Assembly: GCA_964016885.1 (NCBI GenBank)
Contig: CAXHJY010000264.1
Coordinates: 248,001 to 312,000, forward strand
Direction: 5' to 3'
Source of the DNA: Eledone cirrhosa
Taxonomy: Eukaryota
Length of the DNA: 64,000 nt
This document shows, piece by piece, positions 1-13,511 of this stretch. The notes beneath the pieces were generated by a model. It was not told where the DNA came from, searched no databases, and saw nothing but the letters and a program-made list of their open reading frames with translations. The translations under genes and the position numbers were made by a program. Numbering within the stretch: the stretch's first letter is position 1; each line of letters begins with the position of its first letter.

Positions 1-3000
1 GGCGTAGTGTGGTATGGTATAGTGTAGTGTGGTGTAGTGTGGTATGGTATAGTGTAGTGTGGTGTAGTGTAGTGTGGTGTAGTGTAGTGTGGTGTAGTGT
101 AGTGTGGTGTGGTGTAGTGAAGAGTAGTGTGGTGTAGTGTGGTGTGGTGTGGTGTAGTGTAGCGTGGTGTAGTGTGGTGTGGTGTAGTGTAGAGTTGTGT
201 GGTGTGGTGTAGTGTAGAGTAGTGCGGTGTGGTGTGGTGTAGTGAAGTGTGGTGTAGTGTAGTGTAGTGTGGTGTATTGTAGCGTGGTGTAGTGTAGTGT
301 AGTGTGGTGTGGTGCAGTGTAATGTAGTGTGGCGTGGTGTGGTGTGGTGTGGTGTAGTGTAGTGTAGTGTAGTGTAGTGTAGTGTAGTGTAGTGTAGTGT
401 AGTGTAGTGTAGTGTAGTGTAGTGTAGTGTAGTGTAGTGTAGTGTAGTGTAGTGTAGTGTAGTGTAGTGTAGTGTAGTGTAGTGTAGTGTAGTGTAGTGT
501 AGTGTAGTGTAGTGTAGTGTAGTGTAGTGTGGTGTGGTGTAGTGTAGTGTGGTGTGGTGTGGTGTAGTGTAGTGTAGTGTGTTGTGGTGTAGTGTAGAGT
601 AGTGTGGTGTAGTGTGGTGTAATGTGGTGTGGTGTGGTGTAGTGTGGTGTAGTGTAGTGTAGTGTAGTGTAGTGTAGTGTAGTGTAGTGTAGTGTAGTGT
701 AGTGTAGTGTAGTGTAGTGTAGTGTAGTGTAGTGTAGTGTAGTGTAGTGTAGTGTAGTGTGGTGTGGTGTAATGTAGTGTAGTGTGGTGTAGTGTGGTGT
801 AGTGTAGTATGGTGTGGTGTAGAGTAGTGTGGTGTAGTGTAGTGTGGTGTGGTGTAATGTGGTGTAGTGTAGTGTGGTGTAGTGTGGAGTAGTGTGGTGT
901 AATGTGGTGTGGTGTGGTGTAGTGTGGTGTAGTGCAGTGTAGCGTGGTGTGGTGTGGTGCGGTGTGTGGTGTAGTGTAGTGTAGTGTGGTGTAGTGTTTT
1001 GTGGTGTGGTGAAGTGTAGAGTAGTGCGGTGTGGTGTGGTGTAGTGTAATGTGGTGTAGTGTAGTGTAGTGTGGTGTATTGTAGCGTGGTGTGGTGTAGT
1101 GTAGTGTAGTGTGGTGTGGTGTGGTGTGGTGTGGTGTGGTGTGGTGTGGTGTGGTGTGGTGTGGTGTGGTGTGGTGTGGTGTGGTGTGGTGTGGTGTGGT
1201 GTGGTGTGGTGTGGTGTGGTGTGGTGTGGTGTGGTGTAGTGTAGTGTAGTGTAGTCTCGTATAGAGTAGTGTAGTGTGGTGTAGTGTTGTGTGGTGTGTA
1301 TATTGTAGAGTAGTGCGGTGTAGTGTAGCGTGGTGTAGTGTAGTGTAGTGTAGTGTAGTGTAGTGTAGTGTAGTGTAGTGTAGTGCAGTGTAGTGTAGTG
1401 TGGTGTAGTGTAGTGTAGTGTAGTGTATTGTGGTGTGGTGTGGTGTAGTGTAGTGTAGTTTGGTGTGGTGTAGTGTAGTGTAGTGTAGTATAGTGTAGTG
1501 TAGTCTTGTGTAGTGTAGTGTAGTGTAGTGTAGTGTAGTGTAGTGTACTGTAGTGTAGTGTAGTGTTGTGTGGTGTAGTGTAGTGTGGTGGGGTGTAGTG
1601 TGGTGTGGTGTAGTGTGGTGCAGTGTAGTGTAGTGTAGTGTAGTGTAGTGTAGTGTAGAGTGGTGTGGTGTAGTGTAGTGTAGTGTAGTGTAGTGTAGTG
1701 TGGTGTGGTGTAGTGAAGTGTAGTGTAGTGTGGTGTGGTGCAGTGTAGTGTAGTTTAGTGTAGTGTGGTGTAGTGTGTAGTGTAGTGTAGTGTAGTGTAG
1801 TGTAGTGTAGTGTAGTGTAGTGTAGTATAGTGTAGTGTGGTGTAGTGTAGGGTAGTGTGGTGTAGTGCAGCGTGATGTAGTGTAGTGTAGTGTAGTGTAG
1901 TGTAGTGTAGTGTAGTGTAATGTAGTGTAGTGTAGTGTAGTGTAGTGTAGTGTGGTGTAGTGTAGAGTAGTGTGGTGTAGTGCAGCGTGATGTAGTGTAG
2001 TGTGGTGTAGTGTGGTATAGTGTAGTGTGGTGTGGTGTGGTATAGTGTAGTGTGGTGTAGTGTAGTGTAGTGTGGTGTAGTGTAGCGTGGTGTAGTGAGT
2101 GTAGTGTAGTGTGGTGTGGTGTAATGTAGTGTACTGTAGTGTGGTGTGGTGAGGTGTGGTGTGGTGTGGTGTGGTGTAGTGTAGTGTAGTGTGGTGTGGT
2201 GTAATGTGTTGTCGTGTAGTATGGTGTAGTGTGGTGTAATGTGGTGTAGTGTGGTGTAGTGTAGTGCAGCGTGGTGTAGTGTAGTGTGGTGTGGTGTGTG
2301 GTGTAGTGTAGTGTAGTGTAGTGTAGTGTAGTGTAGTGTAGTGTAGTGTGGTGTAGTGTAGTGTAGTGTGGTGTAGTGTAGTGTGGTGTGGTGTATAGTA
2401 ATGTGGTGTAGTGTGGTGTGGTGTAATGTGGTGTGGTGTTTGTGGTGTAGTGTAGTGCAGTGTAGTGTTGTGTGGTGTAGTGTAGTGTAGTGTGGTGTGG
2501 TGTACTGTAGTGTAGTGTGGTGTAGTGTGGTGTAGTGTGGTGTAGTGTGGTGTAGTGTTGTGTGGTGTAATGTGGTGTGGTGTGGTGTAGTGTAGTGTGG
2601 TGTAGTGTAGTGTAGTGTGGTGTAGCGTGGTGTAGTGTAGTGTATTGTTGTGTGGTTTAATGTAGTGTAGTGTGGTGTAGTGTGGTGAAGTGTGGTGTAG
2701 TGTGGTGTGGTGTAGAGTAGTGTGGTGTAGTGTGGTGTGGTAGAATGTGGTGTAGTGTTGTGTGTTGTAGTGTAGTGTGGTGTGGTGTAGTGTAGAGTAG
2801 TGTGGTGTAGTGTGGTGTGGTGTAATGTGGTGTAGTGTAGTGTGGTGTAGTGTGGAGTAGTGTGGTGTAATGTGGTGTGGTGTGGTGTAGTGTGGTGTAG
2901 TGTAGCGTGGTGTAGTGTAGCATGGTGTGGTGTGGTGTGTGGTGTAGTGTAGTGTAGTGTGGTGTAGTGTTGTGTGGTGTAGTGTAGAGTAGTGCGGTGT

Positions 3001-6000
3001 GGTGTGGTGTAGTGAAGTGTGGTGTAGTGTAGTGTAGTGTATTGTAGCGTGGTGTAGTGTAGTGTAGTGTGGTGTAGTGTTGTGTGGTGTGGTGAAGTGT
3101 AGAGTAGTGCGGTGTGGTGTGGTGTAGTGTAATGTGGTGTAGTGTAGTGTAGTGTGGCGTATTGTAGCGTGGTGTAGTGTAGTGTAGTGTGGTGTGGTGC
3201 AGTGTAATGTAGTGTGGTGTAGTGTAGTGTAGTGTAGTGTAGTGTAGTGTAGTGTAGTGTAGTGTAGTGTGGTGTAGTGTAGTGTAGTGTAGTGTAGTGT
3301 CGTATAGAGTAGTGTAGTGTGGTGTAGTGTTGTGTGGTGTGTGTATTGTAGAGTAGTGCGGTGTAGTGTAGCGTGGTGTAGTGTAGTGTAGTGTAGTGTA
3401 GTCTGGTGTAGCGTAGAGTAGTGTGGTGTAGTGTAGTGTAATGTGGTGTGGTGTGGTGTAGTCTAGTGTGGTGTAGTGTAGCGTGGCGTAGTGTAGCGTG
3501 GTGTAGTGTGGTGTGGTGTAATGTAGTGTGGTGTAGTGTGGTGTGGTGTAATGTAGTGTGGTGTAGAGTAGTGTGGTGTAGTGTTGGTGTGGTATAATGT
3601 GGTGTTGTGTAGTGTAGTGTGGTGTAGTGTAGATTAGTGTGGTGTAGAGTGGTGTGGTGTAATGTGGTGTAGTGTAGTGTGGTGCAGTGTTGTGTGGTGT
3701 AGAGTAGTGTGGTGTGGTATAGTGTAGTGTGGTGTAGTGTAGCGTGGTGTAGTGTAGTGTAGTGTGGTGTGGTGTAATATAGTGTAGTGTTGTGTAGTAT
3801 GGTGTGGTGTAGAGTAGTGTGTTGTAGTGTGGTGTGGTATAATGTGGTGTAGTGTAGTGTGGTGTAGTGTAGAGTAGTGTGGTGTAATGTGGTGTGGTGT
3901 AATGTGGTGTAGTGTAGTGTGGTGTAGTGTAGAGTAGTGTGGTGTAGTGTGGTATGGTATAGTGTAGTGTGGTGTAGTGTAGAGTGGTGTAGTGTGGTGT
4001 AGTGTAGTGTGGTGTAGTGTTGTGTGGTGCAGTGTAGAGTAGAGTGGTGTAGTGTGGTGTGGTATAGTGTAGTGTGGTGTAGTGTAGTGTGGTGTAGTGT
4101 AGTGTAGTGTGGTGTAGTGTAGTGTGGTGTAGTGTGGTGTGGTATAACGTGCTGTATTGTAGTGTAGTGTAGTGTAGAGTAGTGTAGTGTGGTGTGGTGT
4201 GGTGTAATGTGGCGTAGTGTAGTGTGGTGTAGTGTGGTATGGTATAGTGTAGTGGGGTGTAGTGTAGTGTGGTGTAGTGTAGTGTGGTGTAGTGTAGTGT
4301 GGTGTAGTGAAGAGTAGTGTGGTGTAGTGTGGTGTGGTGTAGTGTAGCGTGGTGTAGTGTGGTGTGGTGTAGTGTAGAGTAGTGTGGCGTAGTGTGGTAT
4401 GGTATAGTGTAGTGTGGTGTAGTGTAGTGTGGTGTGGTGTGGTGTGGTGTGGTGTGGTGTGGTGTGGTGTGGTGTGGTGTGGTGTGGTGTGGTGTGGTGT
4501 GGTGTGGTGTGGTGTGGTGTGGTGTAGTGTAGTGTAGTGTAGTGTAGTGTAGTGTAGTGTAGTGTAGTGTAGTGTAGTGTAGTGTAGTGTAGTGTAGTGT
4601 AGTGTAGTGTAGTGTAGTGTAGTGTAGTGTAGTGTAGTGTAGTGTAGTGTAGTGTAGTGTAGTGTAGTGTAGTGTAGTGTAGTGTAGTGTAGTGTAGTGT
4701 AGTGTAGTGTAGTGTAGTGTAGTGTAGTGTAGTGTAGTGTGGTGTGGTGTGGTGTGGTGTGGTGTGGTGTGGTGTGGTGTGGTGTGGTGTGGTGTGGTGT
4801 GGTGTGGTGTGGTGTGGTGTGGTGTGGTGTGGTGTGGTGTGGTGTGGTGTGGTGTGGTGTGGTGTGGTGTGGTGTGGTGTGGTGTGGTGTGGTGTGGTGT
4901 GGTGTAGTGTAGTGTAGTGTAGTGTAGTGTAGTGTAGTGTAGTGTAGTGTGGTGTGGTGTAATGTAGTGTAGTGTAGTGTTGTGTGGTGTAGTGTAGAGT
5001 AGTGTGGTGTAGTGTAGAGTAGTGTAGTGTGGTGTAATGTGGCGTAGTGTAGTGTGGTGTAGAGTAGAGTAGTGTGGTATGGTATAGTGTAGTGTGGTGT
5101 AGTGTGGTGTGGTGCAGTGTAGTGTAGTGTAGTGTAGTGTAGTGTGGTGTAGTGTAGTGTGGTGTGGTGTAATGTAGTGTAGTGTTGTGTGGTGTAGTGT
5201 AGAGTAGTGTGGTGTAGTGTGGTGTGGTGTAGTGTGGTGCGGTGTAGTGTGATGTAGTATGGTGTGGTGTAATATGGTGTGGTGTAGTGTAGTGTAGTGT
5301 AGTGTGGTGTAGTGTAGAGTAGTGTGGTGTAGTGTGGTGTAGTGTAGTGTAGTGTAATGTGGTGTGGTGTGGTGTAGTGTGGTGTATTGTAGCGTGGTGT
5401 AGTGAGGTGTGGTGTAGTGAGGTGTGGTGTAATGTAGTGTAGTGTGGTGTGGTGTGGTGTAATGTGTTGTAGTGTAGTGTGGTGTAGTGTTGTGTGGTGT
5501 AGTGTAGAGTAGTGTGGTGTGGTATAGTGTAGAGTAGTGTGGTGTAGTGTAGTATGGTGTAGTGTAGAGTAGTGTGGCGTGGTATAGTGTAGAGTAGTGT
5601 GGTGTAGTGTGGTGTGGTGTAGTGTAGTCTAGTGTAGTGTAGTGTAGTGTAGTGTGGTGTGGTGTAGTGTGGTGTGGTGTAGTGTTTTGTGGTGTGGTGT
5701 GGTGTGGTGTGGTGTAGTGTGGTGTAGTGTAGCGTGGTGTAGTGTAGTGTGGTGTAGTGTAGTGTAGTGTAGTGTGGTGTAGTGTTGTGTGGTGTAGAGT
5801 ACTGTGGTGTAGTGTAGCGTGGTGTAGTGTAGTGTAGTGTAGTGTGGTGTAGTGTAGTGTAGTGTGGTATGGTGTGGTGTAGTGTAGTATAGTGTAGTGT
5901 GGTGTGGTGTAATGTGGTGTAGTGTAGTGTGGTGTGGTATAATGTGGTGTTGTGTAGTGTAGTGTGGTGTGGTGTAGTGTAGAGTAGTGTGGTGTAGTGT

Positions 6001-9000
6001 GGTGTGGTGTAATGTGGTGTAGTGTAGTGTGGTGTAGTGTGGTGTGGTGTAATGTGGTGTAGTGTAGTGTGGTGTAGTGTGGTATGGTATAGTGTAGTGT
6101 GGTGTAGTGTAGTGTGGTGTAGTGTAGTGTAGTGTGGTGTAGTGTGGTGTGGTGTAGTGTAGAGTAGTGTGGTGTAGTGTGGTGTGGTGTAGTGTAGTGT
6201 AGCGTGGTGTAGTGTAGTGTAGTGTGGTGTAGTGTAGTGTGGTATAGTGTAGTGTGGTGTGGTGTGGTGTAGTGTATCGTGGTGTAGTGTAGTGTGGTGT
6301 GGTGCGGTGTGGTGTGGTGTGGCGTGGTGTGGTGTGGTGTGGCGTGGCGTGGTGTGGTGTGGTGTGGTGTGGTGTGGTGTGGTGTGGTGTGGTGTGGTGT
6401 GGTGTGGTGTAGTGTAGTGTAGTGTAGTGTAGTGTAGTGTAGTGTGGTGCAGTGCAGTGTAGTGTGGTGAAGTGTAGTGTAGTGTGGTGTGGTGTAGTGT
6501 AGAGTACTGTGGTGTAGTGTAGTATGGTGTAGTGTGGTGTGGTGTAGTGTGGTGTGGTGTAATGTGATGTGGTGTGGTGTAGTGTGGTGTGGTGTAGTGT
6601 AGTGTAGTGTAGTGTAGTGTAGTGTAGTGTAGTGTAGTGTAGTGTAGTGTGGTGTGGTATAGTGTAGAGTAGTGTTGTGTAGTGTGGTGTAGTGTGATGT
6701 GGTGTGGTGTAGTGTGGTGTGGTATAGTGTAGTGTAATGTGGTGTAGTGTAGTGTAGTGTGGTGTGGTGCGGTGTGGTGTGGTGCGGTGTAGTGTGGTGT
6801 GGTGTGGTGTAGTGTAGTGTGGTGTGGTGCAGTGCAGTGTAGTGTGGTGTAGTGTGGTGTAATGTGGTGTGGTGTAGTGTAGTGTAGTGTAGTGTGGTGT
6901 AGTGTAGTGTGGTGTGGTGTAGTGTAGAGTAGTGTGGTGTAGTGTAGTGTAATGTGGTGTGGTGTAGTGTGGTGTAGTGTGGTGTAGTGTAGTGTAGAGT
7001 AGTGTGGTGTGGTGTAGTGTAGTGTGGTGTAGTGTTGTGTGGTGTAGTGTATTTTAGTGTGGTGTGGTGTAGTGTGGTGTAGTGTAATGTGGTGTGGTGT
7101 AGTGTGGTGTAGTGTAGTGTGGTGTAGTGTAGCATGGTGTAGTGTGGTGTGGTGTAATGTAGTGTGGTGTAGTGTGGTGTAGTATGGTGTGGTGTGGTGT
7201 TGTGTAGTGTGGTGTAGTATGGTGTGGTGTGGTGTTATGTAGTGTGGTGTAGTGTAGTGTGGTGTAGTGTAGTGTAGAGTAGTGTGGTGTGGTGTGGTGT
7301 AATGTGTTGTAGTGTAGTGTGGTGTAGTGTTGTGTGGTGTAGTGTAGAGTAGTGTGGTGTGGTATAGTGTAGAGTAGTGTGGTGTAGTGTAGAGTAGTAT
7401 GGTGTGGTATAGTGTAGAGTAGTGTGGTGTAATGTGCTGTGGTGTAGTGTAGTGTAGTCTAGTGTAGTGTAGTGTCGTGTAGTGTGGTGTGGTGTTGTGT
7501 GGTGTAGTGTAGAGTACTGTGGTGTAGTGTAGCGTGGTGTAGTGTAGTGTGGTGTAGAGTAGTGTGGTGTAGTGTAGTGTAGTGTAGTGTAGTGTGGTGT
7601 AGTGTTGTGTGGTGTGGTGTGGTGTGGTGTAGTGTGGTGTAGTGTAGCGTGGTGTAGTGTAGTGTGGTGTAGCGTAATGCAGTGTGGTGTAATGTAGTGT
7701 GGTGTAGTGTTGTGTGGTGTGGTGTAGAGTACTGTGGTGTAGTGTTGCGTGGTGTAGTGTAGTGTGGTGTAGTGCAGTGTAGTGTGGTATGGTGTGGTGT
7801 AGTGTAGTATAGTGTAGTGTGGTGTGTTGTAATGTGGTGTAGTGTAGTGTGGTGATGTATAATGTGGTGTTGTGTAGTGTAGTGTGGTGTGGTGTAGTGT
7901 AGAGTAGTGTGGTGTAGTGTGGTGGAATGTGGTGTAATGTAGTGTGGTGTAGTGTTGTGTGGTGCAGTGTAGAATAGTGTGGTGTGGTATTGTGTAGTGT
8001 GGTGTAGTGTAGTGTGGTGTGGTGTAATGTTGTGTAGTGTGGTGTAGTGTGGTGTAGAATGGTGTGGTGTAGAGTAGTGTGTTGTAGTGTGGTGTGGTAT
8101 AATGTGGTGTAGTGAAGTGTGGTGTAGTATAGAGTAGTGTGGTGTGGTGTAATGTGGTGTAGTGTAGTGTGGTGTAGTGTGGTATGCTATAGTGTAGTGT
8201 GGTGTAGTGTAGTGTAGTGTGGTGTAGTGTAGTGTGGTGTGGTGTAGTGTAGAGTAGTGTGGTGTTGTGTGGTGTAGCGTGGTGTAGTGTAGTGTAGTGT
8301 GGTGTAGTGTGGTGTGGTATAGTGTAGTGTGGTGTGGTGTGGTGTAGTGTAGCGTGGTGTAGTGTAGTGTGGTGTGGTGTAATGTGGTGTAGTGTAGTGT
8401 GGTGTGGTGTTGTATGGTGTGGTGTGGTGTGGTGTAGTATGGTGTGGTGTTATGTAGTGTGGTGTAGTGTAGTGTGGTGTGGTGTAGTGTAGAGTAGTGT
8501 GGTGTAGTGTGTTGTGGTGTAATGTGTTGTAGTGTAGTGTGGTGTAGTGTTGTGTGGTGTAGTGTAGAGTAGTGTGGTGTGGTATAGTGTAGAGTAGTGT
8601 GGTGTAGTGTAGAGTAGTGTGGTGTGGTATAGTGTAGAGTAGTGTGGTGTAATGTGCTGTGGTGTAGTGTAGTGTAGTCTAGTGTAGTGTAGTGTCATGT
8701 AGTGTGGTGTTGTGTGGTGTAGTGTAGAGTACTGTGGTGTAGTGTAGCGTGGTGTAGTGTAGTGTGGTGTGGTGTAGAGTAGTGTGGTGTAGTGTGGTTT
8801 GGTGTAATGTGGTGTAGTGTGGTGTAGTGTAGTGTGGTGTAGTGTAGTGTGGTGTGGTGTAGTGTAGAGTAGTGTGGTGTAGTGTGGTGTAGTGTAGTTT
8901 GGTGTAGTGTGGTGTGGTGTAGTGTGGTGTAGTGTAGCGTGGTGTAGTGTAGTGTGGTGTAGTGTAGTGTACTGTGGTGTAGTGTTGTGTGGTGTGGTGT

Positions 9001-12000
9001 AGAGTACTGTGGTGTAGTGTAGCATGGTGTAGTGTAGTGTGGTGTAGTGTAGTGTAGTGTAGTGTAGTGTAATGTGGTATGGTTTGGTGTAGTGTAGTGT
9101 AGTATAGTGTAGTGTGGTGTGGTGTAATGTGGTGTAGTGTAGTGTGGTGATGTATAATGTGGTGTTGTGTAGTGTAGTGTAGAGTAGTGTGGTGTAGTGT
9201 GGTGTGGTGTAATGTGGTGTGGTGTGGTGTAGTGTGGTGTAGTGTAGCGTGGTGTAGTGTGGTGTGGTGTAATGTAGTGTGGTGTAGTGTGGTGTAGTAT
9301 GGTGTGGTGTGGTGTGGTGTTGTGTAGTGTGGTGTAGTATGGTGTGGTGTGGTGTTATGTAGTGTGGTGTGGTGTAGTGTAGAGTAGTGTGGTGTAGTGT
9401 GTTGTGGTGTAATGTGTTGTAGTGTAGTGTGGTGTAGTGTTGTGTGGTGTAGTGTAGAGTAGTGTGGTGTGGTATAGTGTAGAGTAGTGTGGTGTAGTGT
9501 AGAGTAGTGTGGTGTGGTGTGGTATAGTGTTGAGTAGTGTGGTGTAATGTGCTGTGGTGTAGTGTAGTGTAGTCTAGTGTAGTGTAGTGTCGTGTAGTGT
9601 GGTGTGGTGTTGTGTGGTGTAGTGTAGAGTACTGTGGTGTAGTGTAGCGTGGTGTAGTGTAGTGTGGTGTGGTGTAGAGTAGTGTGGTGTAGTGTGATGT
9701 GGTGTGGTGTAGTGTAGAGTAGTGTGGTGTAGTGTGGTGTAGTGTAGTGTAGTGTGGTGTAGTGTGGTGTGGTGTAGTGTGGTGTAGTGTAGCGTGGTGT
9801 AGTGTAGTGTGGTGTAGCGTAGTGTAGTGTGGTGTAGTGTAGTGTAGTGTAGTGTAGTGTAGTGTAGTGTAGTGTAGTGTAGTGTAGTGTGGTGTAGTGT
9901 AGTGTACTGTGGTGTAGTGTTGTGTGGTGTGGTGTAGTGTAGTGTGGTGTGGTGTAATGTGGTGTAGTGTAGTGTGGTGATGTATAATGTGGTGTTGTGT
10001 AGTGTAGTGTAGAGTAGTGTGGTGTAGTGTGGTGTGGTGTAATGTGGTGTAGTGTAGTGTGGTGTAGTGTTGTGTGGTGCAGTGTAGAGTAGTGTGGTGT
10101 GGTATAGTGTAGTGTTGTGTAGTGTGGTGTAGAGTAGTGTGGTGTAGTGTGGTGTGGTATAATTTGGTGTAGTGTAGTGTGGTGTAGTGTAGTGTAGTGT
10201 GGTGTAGTGTGGTGTAGTGTAGAGTAGTGTGGTGTGTTGTGGTGTAGTGTAGCGTGGTGTAGTGTAGTGCAGTGTGTTGTGGTATAGTGTAGTGTGGTGT
10301 GGTGTGGTGTAGTGTAGCGTGGTGTAGTGTAGTGTGGTGTGGTGTGGTGCAGTGTGGTGTGGTGTAGTGTAGTGTAGTGTAGTGTAGTGTAGTGTAGTGT
10401 AGTGTAGTGTAGTGTAGTGTAGTGTAGTGTAGTGTAGTGTAGTGTAGTGTAGTGTAGTGTAGTGCGGTGTGGTGCAGTGTGGTGTAGTGTATTCTAGTGT
10501 AGTGTAGTGTAGTGTGGTGTGGTGTGGTGTGGTGTGGTGTGGTGTAGTGTAGTGTAGTGTAGTGTAGTGTAGTGTAGTGTAGTGTAGTGTAGTGTAGTGT
10601 AGTGTAGTGTAGTGTAGTGTAGTGTAGTGTAGTGTAGTGTAGTGTAGTGTAGTGTAGTGTAGTGTAGTGTAGTGTAGTGTAGTGTAGTGTAGTGTAGTGT
10701 AGTGTAGTGTAGTGTAGTGTAGTGTAGTGTAGTGTAGTGTAGTGTAGTGTAGTGCGGTGTGGTGCAGTGTGGTGTAGTGTATTCTAGTGTAGTGTAGTGT
10801 AGTGTGGTGTGGTGTAGTGTGGTGTAGTGTAGTGTATTCTAGTGTAGTGTAGTGTAGTGTGGTGTGGTGTAGTGTGGTGTAGTGTAGTGTATTCTAGTGT
10901 AGTGTAGTGTAGTGTAGTGTAGTGTAGTGTAGTGTGGTGTAGTGTTGTGTGGTGTAGTGTAGTGTAATGTAGTGTAGTGTTGTGTGGTGTAGTGTAGAGT
11001 AGTGTGGTGTAGTGTGGTGTGGTGTAGTGTGGTGTGGTGTAGTGTAGTGTGGTGTAATGTGGTGTGGTGTAGTCTAGTATGGTGTAGTGTGGTGTGGTGT
11101 AGTGTAGTGTAGTGTAGTGTAGTGTAGTGTAGTGTAGTGTAGTGTAGTGTAGTGTGGTGTAGTGTAGTGTAGTGTGGTGTGGTGTAGTGTAGAGTAGTGT
11201 GGTGTAGTGTAGTGTGATGTGTTATGGTGTAGTGTGGTGTAGTGTGGTGTGGTGTAATGTAGTGTAGTGTGGTGTGGTGTAGTGTAGTGTGGTGTAGTGT
11301 GGTGTGGTATAATGTGGTGTTGTGTAGTCTGGTGTAGTGTAGAGTAGTGTGGTGTAGTGTGGTGTGGTGTAATGTGGTGTAGTGTAGTGTGGTGTAGTGT
11401 TGCGTGGTGTAGTGTAGAGTAGTGTGGTGTAGTGTGGTGTGGTATAGTGTAGTGTAGTGTAGTGTAGCGTGGCGCGCCGTGGCGTGGTGTGGTGTAGAGT
11501 GGTGTGGTGTGGTGTAGTGTAGTGTAGTGTAGTGTGGTGTGGTGTGGTGTAGTGTGGTGTGGTGTAGTGTAGTGTGGTGTAATGTGGTGTGGTGTAGTAT
11601 GGTGTAGTGTGGTGTGGTGTAGTGTAGTGTAGTGTAGTGTAGTGTAGTGTAGTGTAGTGTAGTGTAGTGTAGTGTAGTGTAGTGTAGTGTAGTGTGGTCT
11701 GGTGTAGTGTAGTGTGGTGTGGTGTAGTGTAGAGTAGTGTGGTGTAGTGTGGTGTAGTGTAGTGTGATGTGGTGTGGTGTAGTGTGGTGTAGTGTAGCGT
11801 GGTGTAGTGTGGTGTAATGTAGTGTAGTGTAGTGTGGTGTAGTATGGTGTGGTGTAGAATAGTGTGGTGTGGTGTGGTATAATGTGGTGTTGTGTAGTGT
11901 GGTGTCGTGTAGAGTAGTGTGGTGTCGTGTGGTGTGGTGTAATGTGGTGTAGTGTGGTGTAGTGTTGCGTGGTGTAGTGTAGAATAGTGTGGTGTAGTGT

Positions 12001-12605
12001 GGTGTGGTATAGTGTAGTGTAGTGTAGTGTAGTGTAGCGTGGCGTGGCGTGCCGTGGTGTCGTGTACAGTGGTGTGGTGTAGTGTAGTGTGGTGTGGTGT
12101 GGTGTGGTGTAGTGTAGTGTTGTGTAGTGTAGAGTGGTGTGGTGTGGTGTAGTGTAGTGTAGAGTGGTGTGGTGTGGTGTGGTGTGGTGTGGTGTAGTGT
12201 AGTGTAGAATGGTGTGGTGTGGTATGGTGTAGTGTAGTGTAGAGTGGTGCGGTGCGGTGTGGTGTGGTGTGGTGTGGTGTGGTGTGGTGTAGTGTAGTGT
12301 AGTGTAGTGTAGTGTAGTGTAGTGTAGTGTAGCGTAGCGTAGTGTAGTGTGGTGTGGTGTGGTGAGGTGTAGTGTAGTGTGGTGTGGTGTGGTGTGGTGT
12401 AGTGTAGTGTAGAGTGGTGTGGTGTGGTGTGGTGTGGTGTAGTGTAGTGTAGTGTAGTGTAGTGTAGTGTAGTGTAGTGTAGTATAGTGTGGTGTAGTGT
12501 GGTGTGTTGTAGTGTAGAGTAGTGTGCTGTAGTGTAGTATGGTGTTGTATTTAGTGGTGTGGAGCGGTGTGGTGTGGTATGGTGTGGTTCAGTATGGTAT
12601 GGTAA
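1..12605. repeat. Pentanucleotide satellite (TAGTG/TGGTG)n, running off the left edge of the window
   Basis: Continuous 5-bp period GTGT[A/G] with pure TAGTG and pure TGGTG tracts and scattered point variants. It degrades at about 12540-12610 into AT-rich unique DNA. Confidence 0.98.
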
Positions 12606-13511
12606 AGTACAGTATGACACAAGTTGGTTTCATTAGAAGAACCTTACATTAGGAGCTGTTACACAATTATCTATAGAGACTCATGAGAATATGTTGTATG
12701 AGAGGAAACCATTTAAAATAAAACAGAAATAAATTAATAAAAGAATGAGAAAATGTTTAGGAACATAATTGAAACAAAAATGAAGAATACTAACAATTTT
12801 TGAAATATATTTTGAGGAGGAAAAACAAACCAGAAAAATTTAAACAAAATCAAAGAGAAAAGAAATATAAAATTTTCATTCTCATTGTTTAATATTTAAT
12901 ATTCTATATGTTGAGTATATTTATTTCATTAATGGAAAATATTTTCTGACATCAATGACTAAGAATTTAATAACAATGGTTTTGATGTCAGTATTCTTCA
13001 ACTGAAAAACATTCAAGTACAATTCCATGTTTTTCTAAGAATTAACTATCATTGTATTTTGATATTTTTATGCAACAACAGACAGTTGGTGTAAAATTAA
13101 TAAGATTTAATCGCATTACATCCCTTGTGGTTAAAAAACAAAAAAACTAAAAAACTAAAAAAAAGAAAAATCAGACAAAATAATATTAAGTTAACATTAA
13201 TTTCAGTCCTTGCAGATTGCTACGAATTCTGTGAATTGAAATTGTTTTTGCTGAAGGGGATATTTGGCTGAAAAATTAGAATGAAAAGAAGCAATAGTCT
13301 TATGAAGGAAGACCAAATGGACAAATGACACATTCTTCTTCCCAGAAAGATTAGATTCTTAGCAATTATCGCTTTTTTCTTCTCCGTGCTATTATTTCAT
13401 GTCTTGCTTTTGATATTAAAAGCAATCAAAATACCATTTAGTTCTAAAATAGTATTTTAATTCCTTTGATTTGTGATTCTAAATATTGTAGATTGAAACG
13501 ATATGACTTAG

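Noticed and set aside
1-12605. Possible telomeric array
   Set aside because: It is not TTAGGG-like, it is heterogeneous, and the G-rich strand runs away from the window's left end, the wrong polarity for a left telomere.
2657-12620. Long His/Thr/Tyr-rich ORFs (1492, 191 and 593 aa)
   Set aside because: The CACTA/CACCA strand lacks stop codons in any frame, so the HYTTL periodicity is a by-product of the 5-bp repeat. There are no gene signals.
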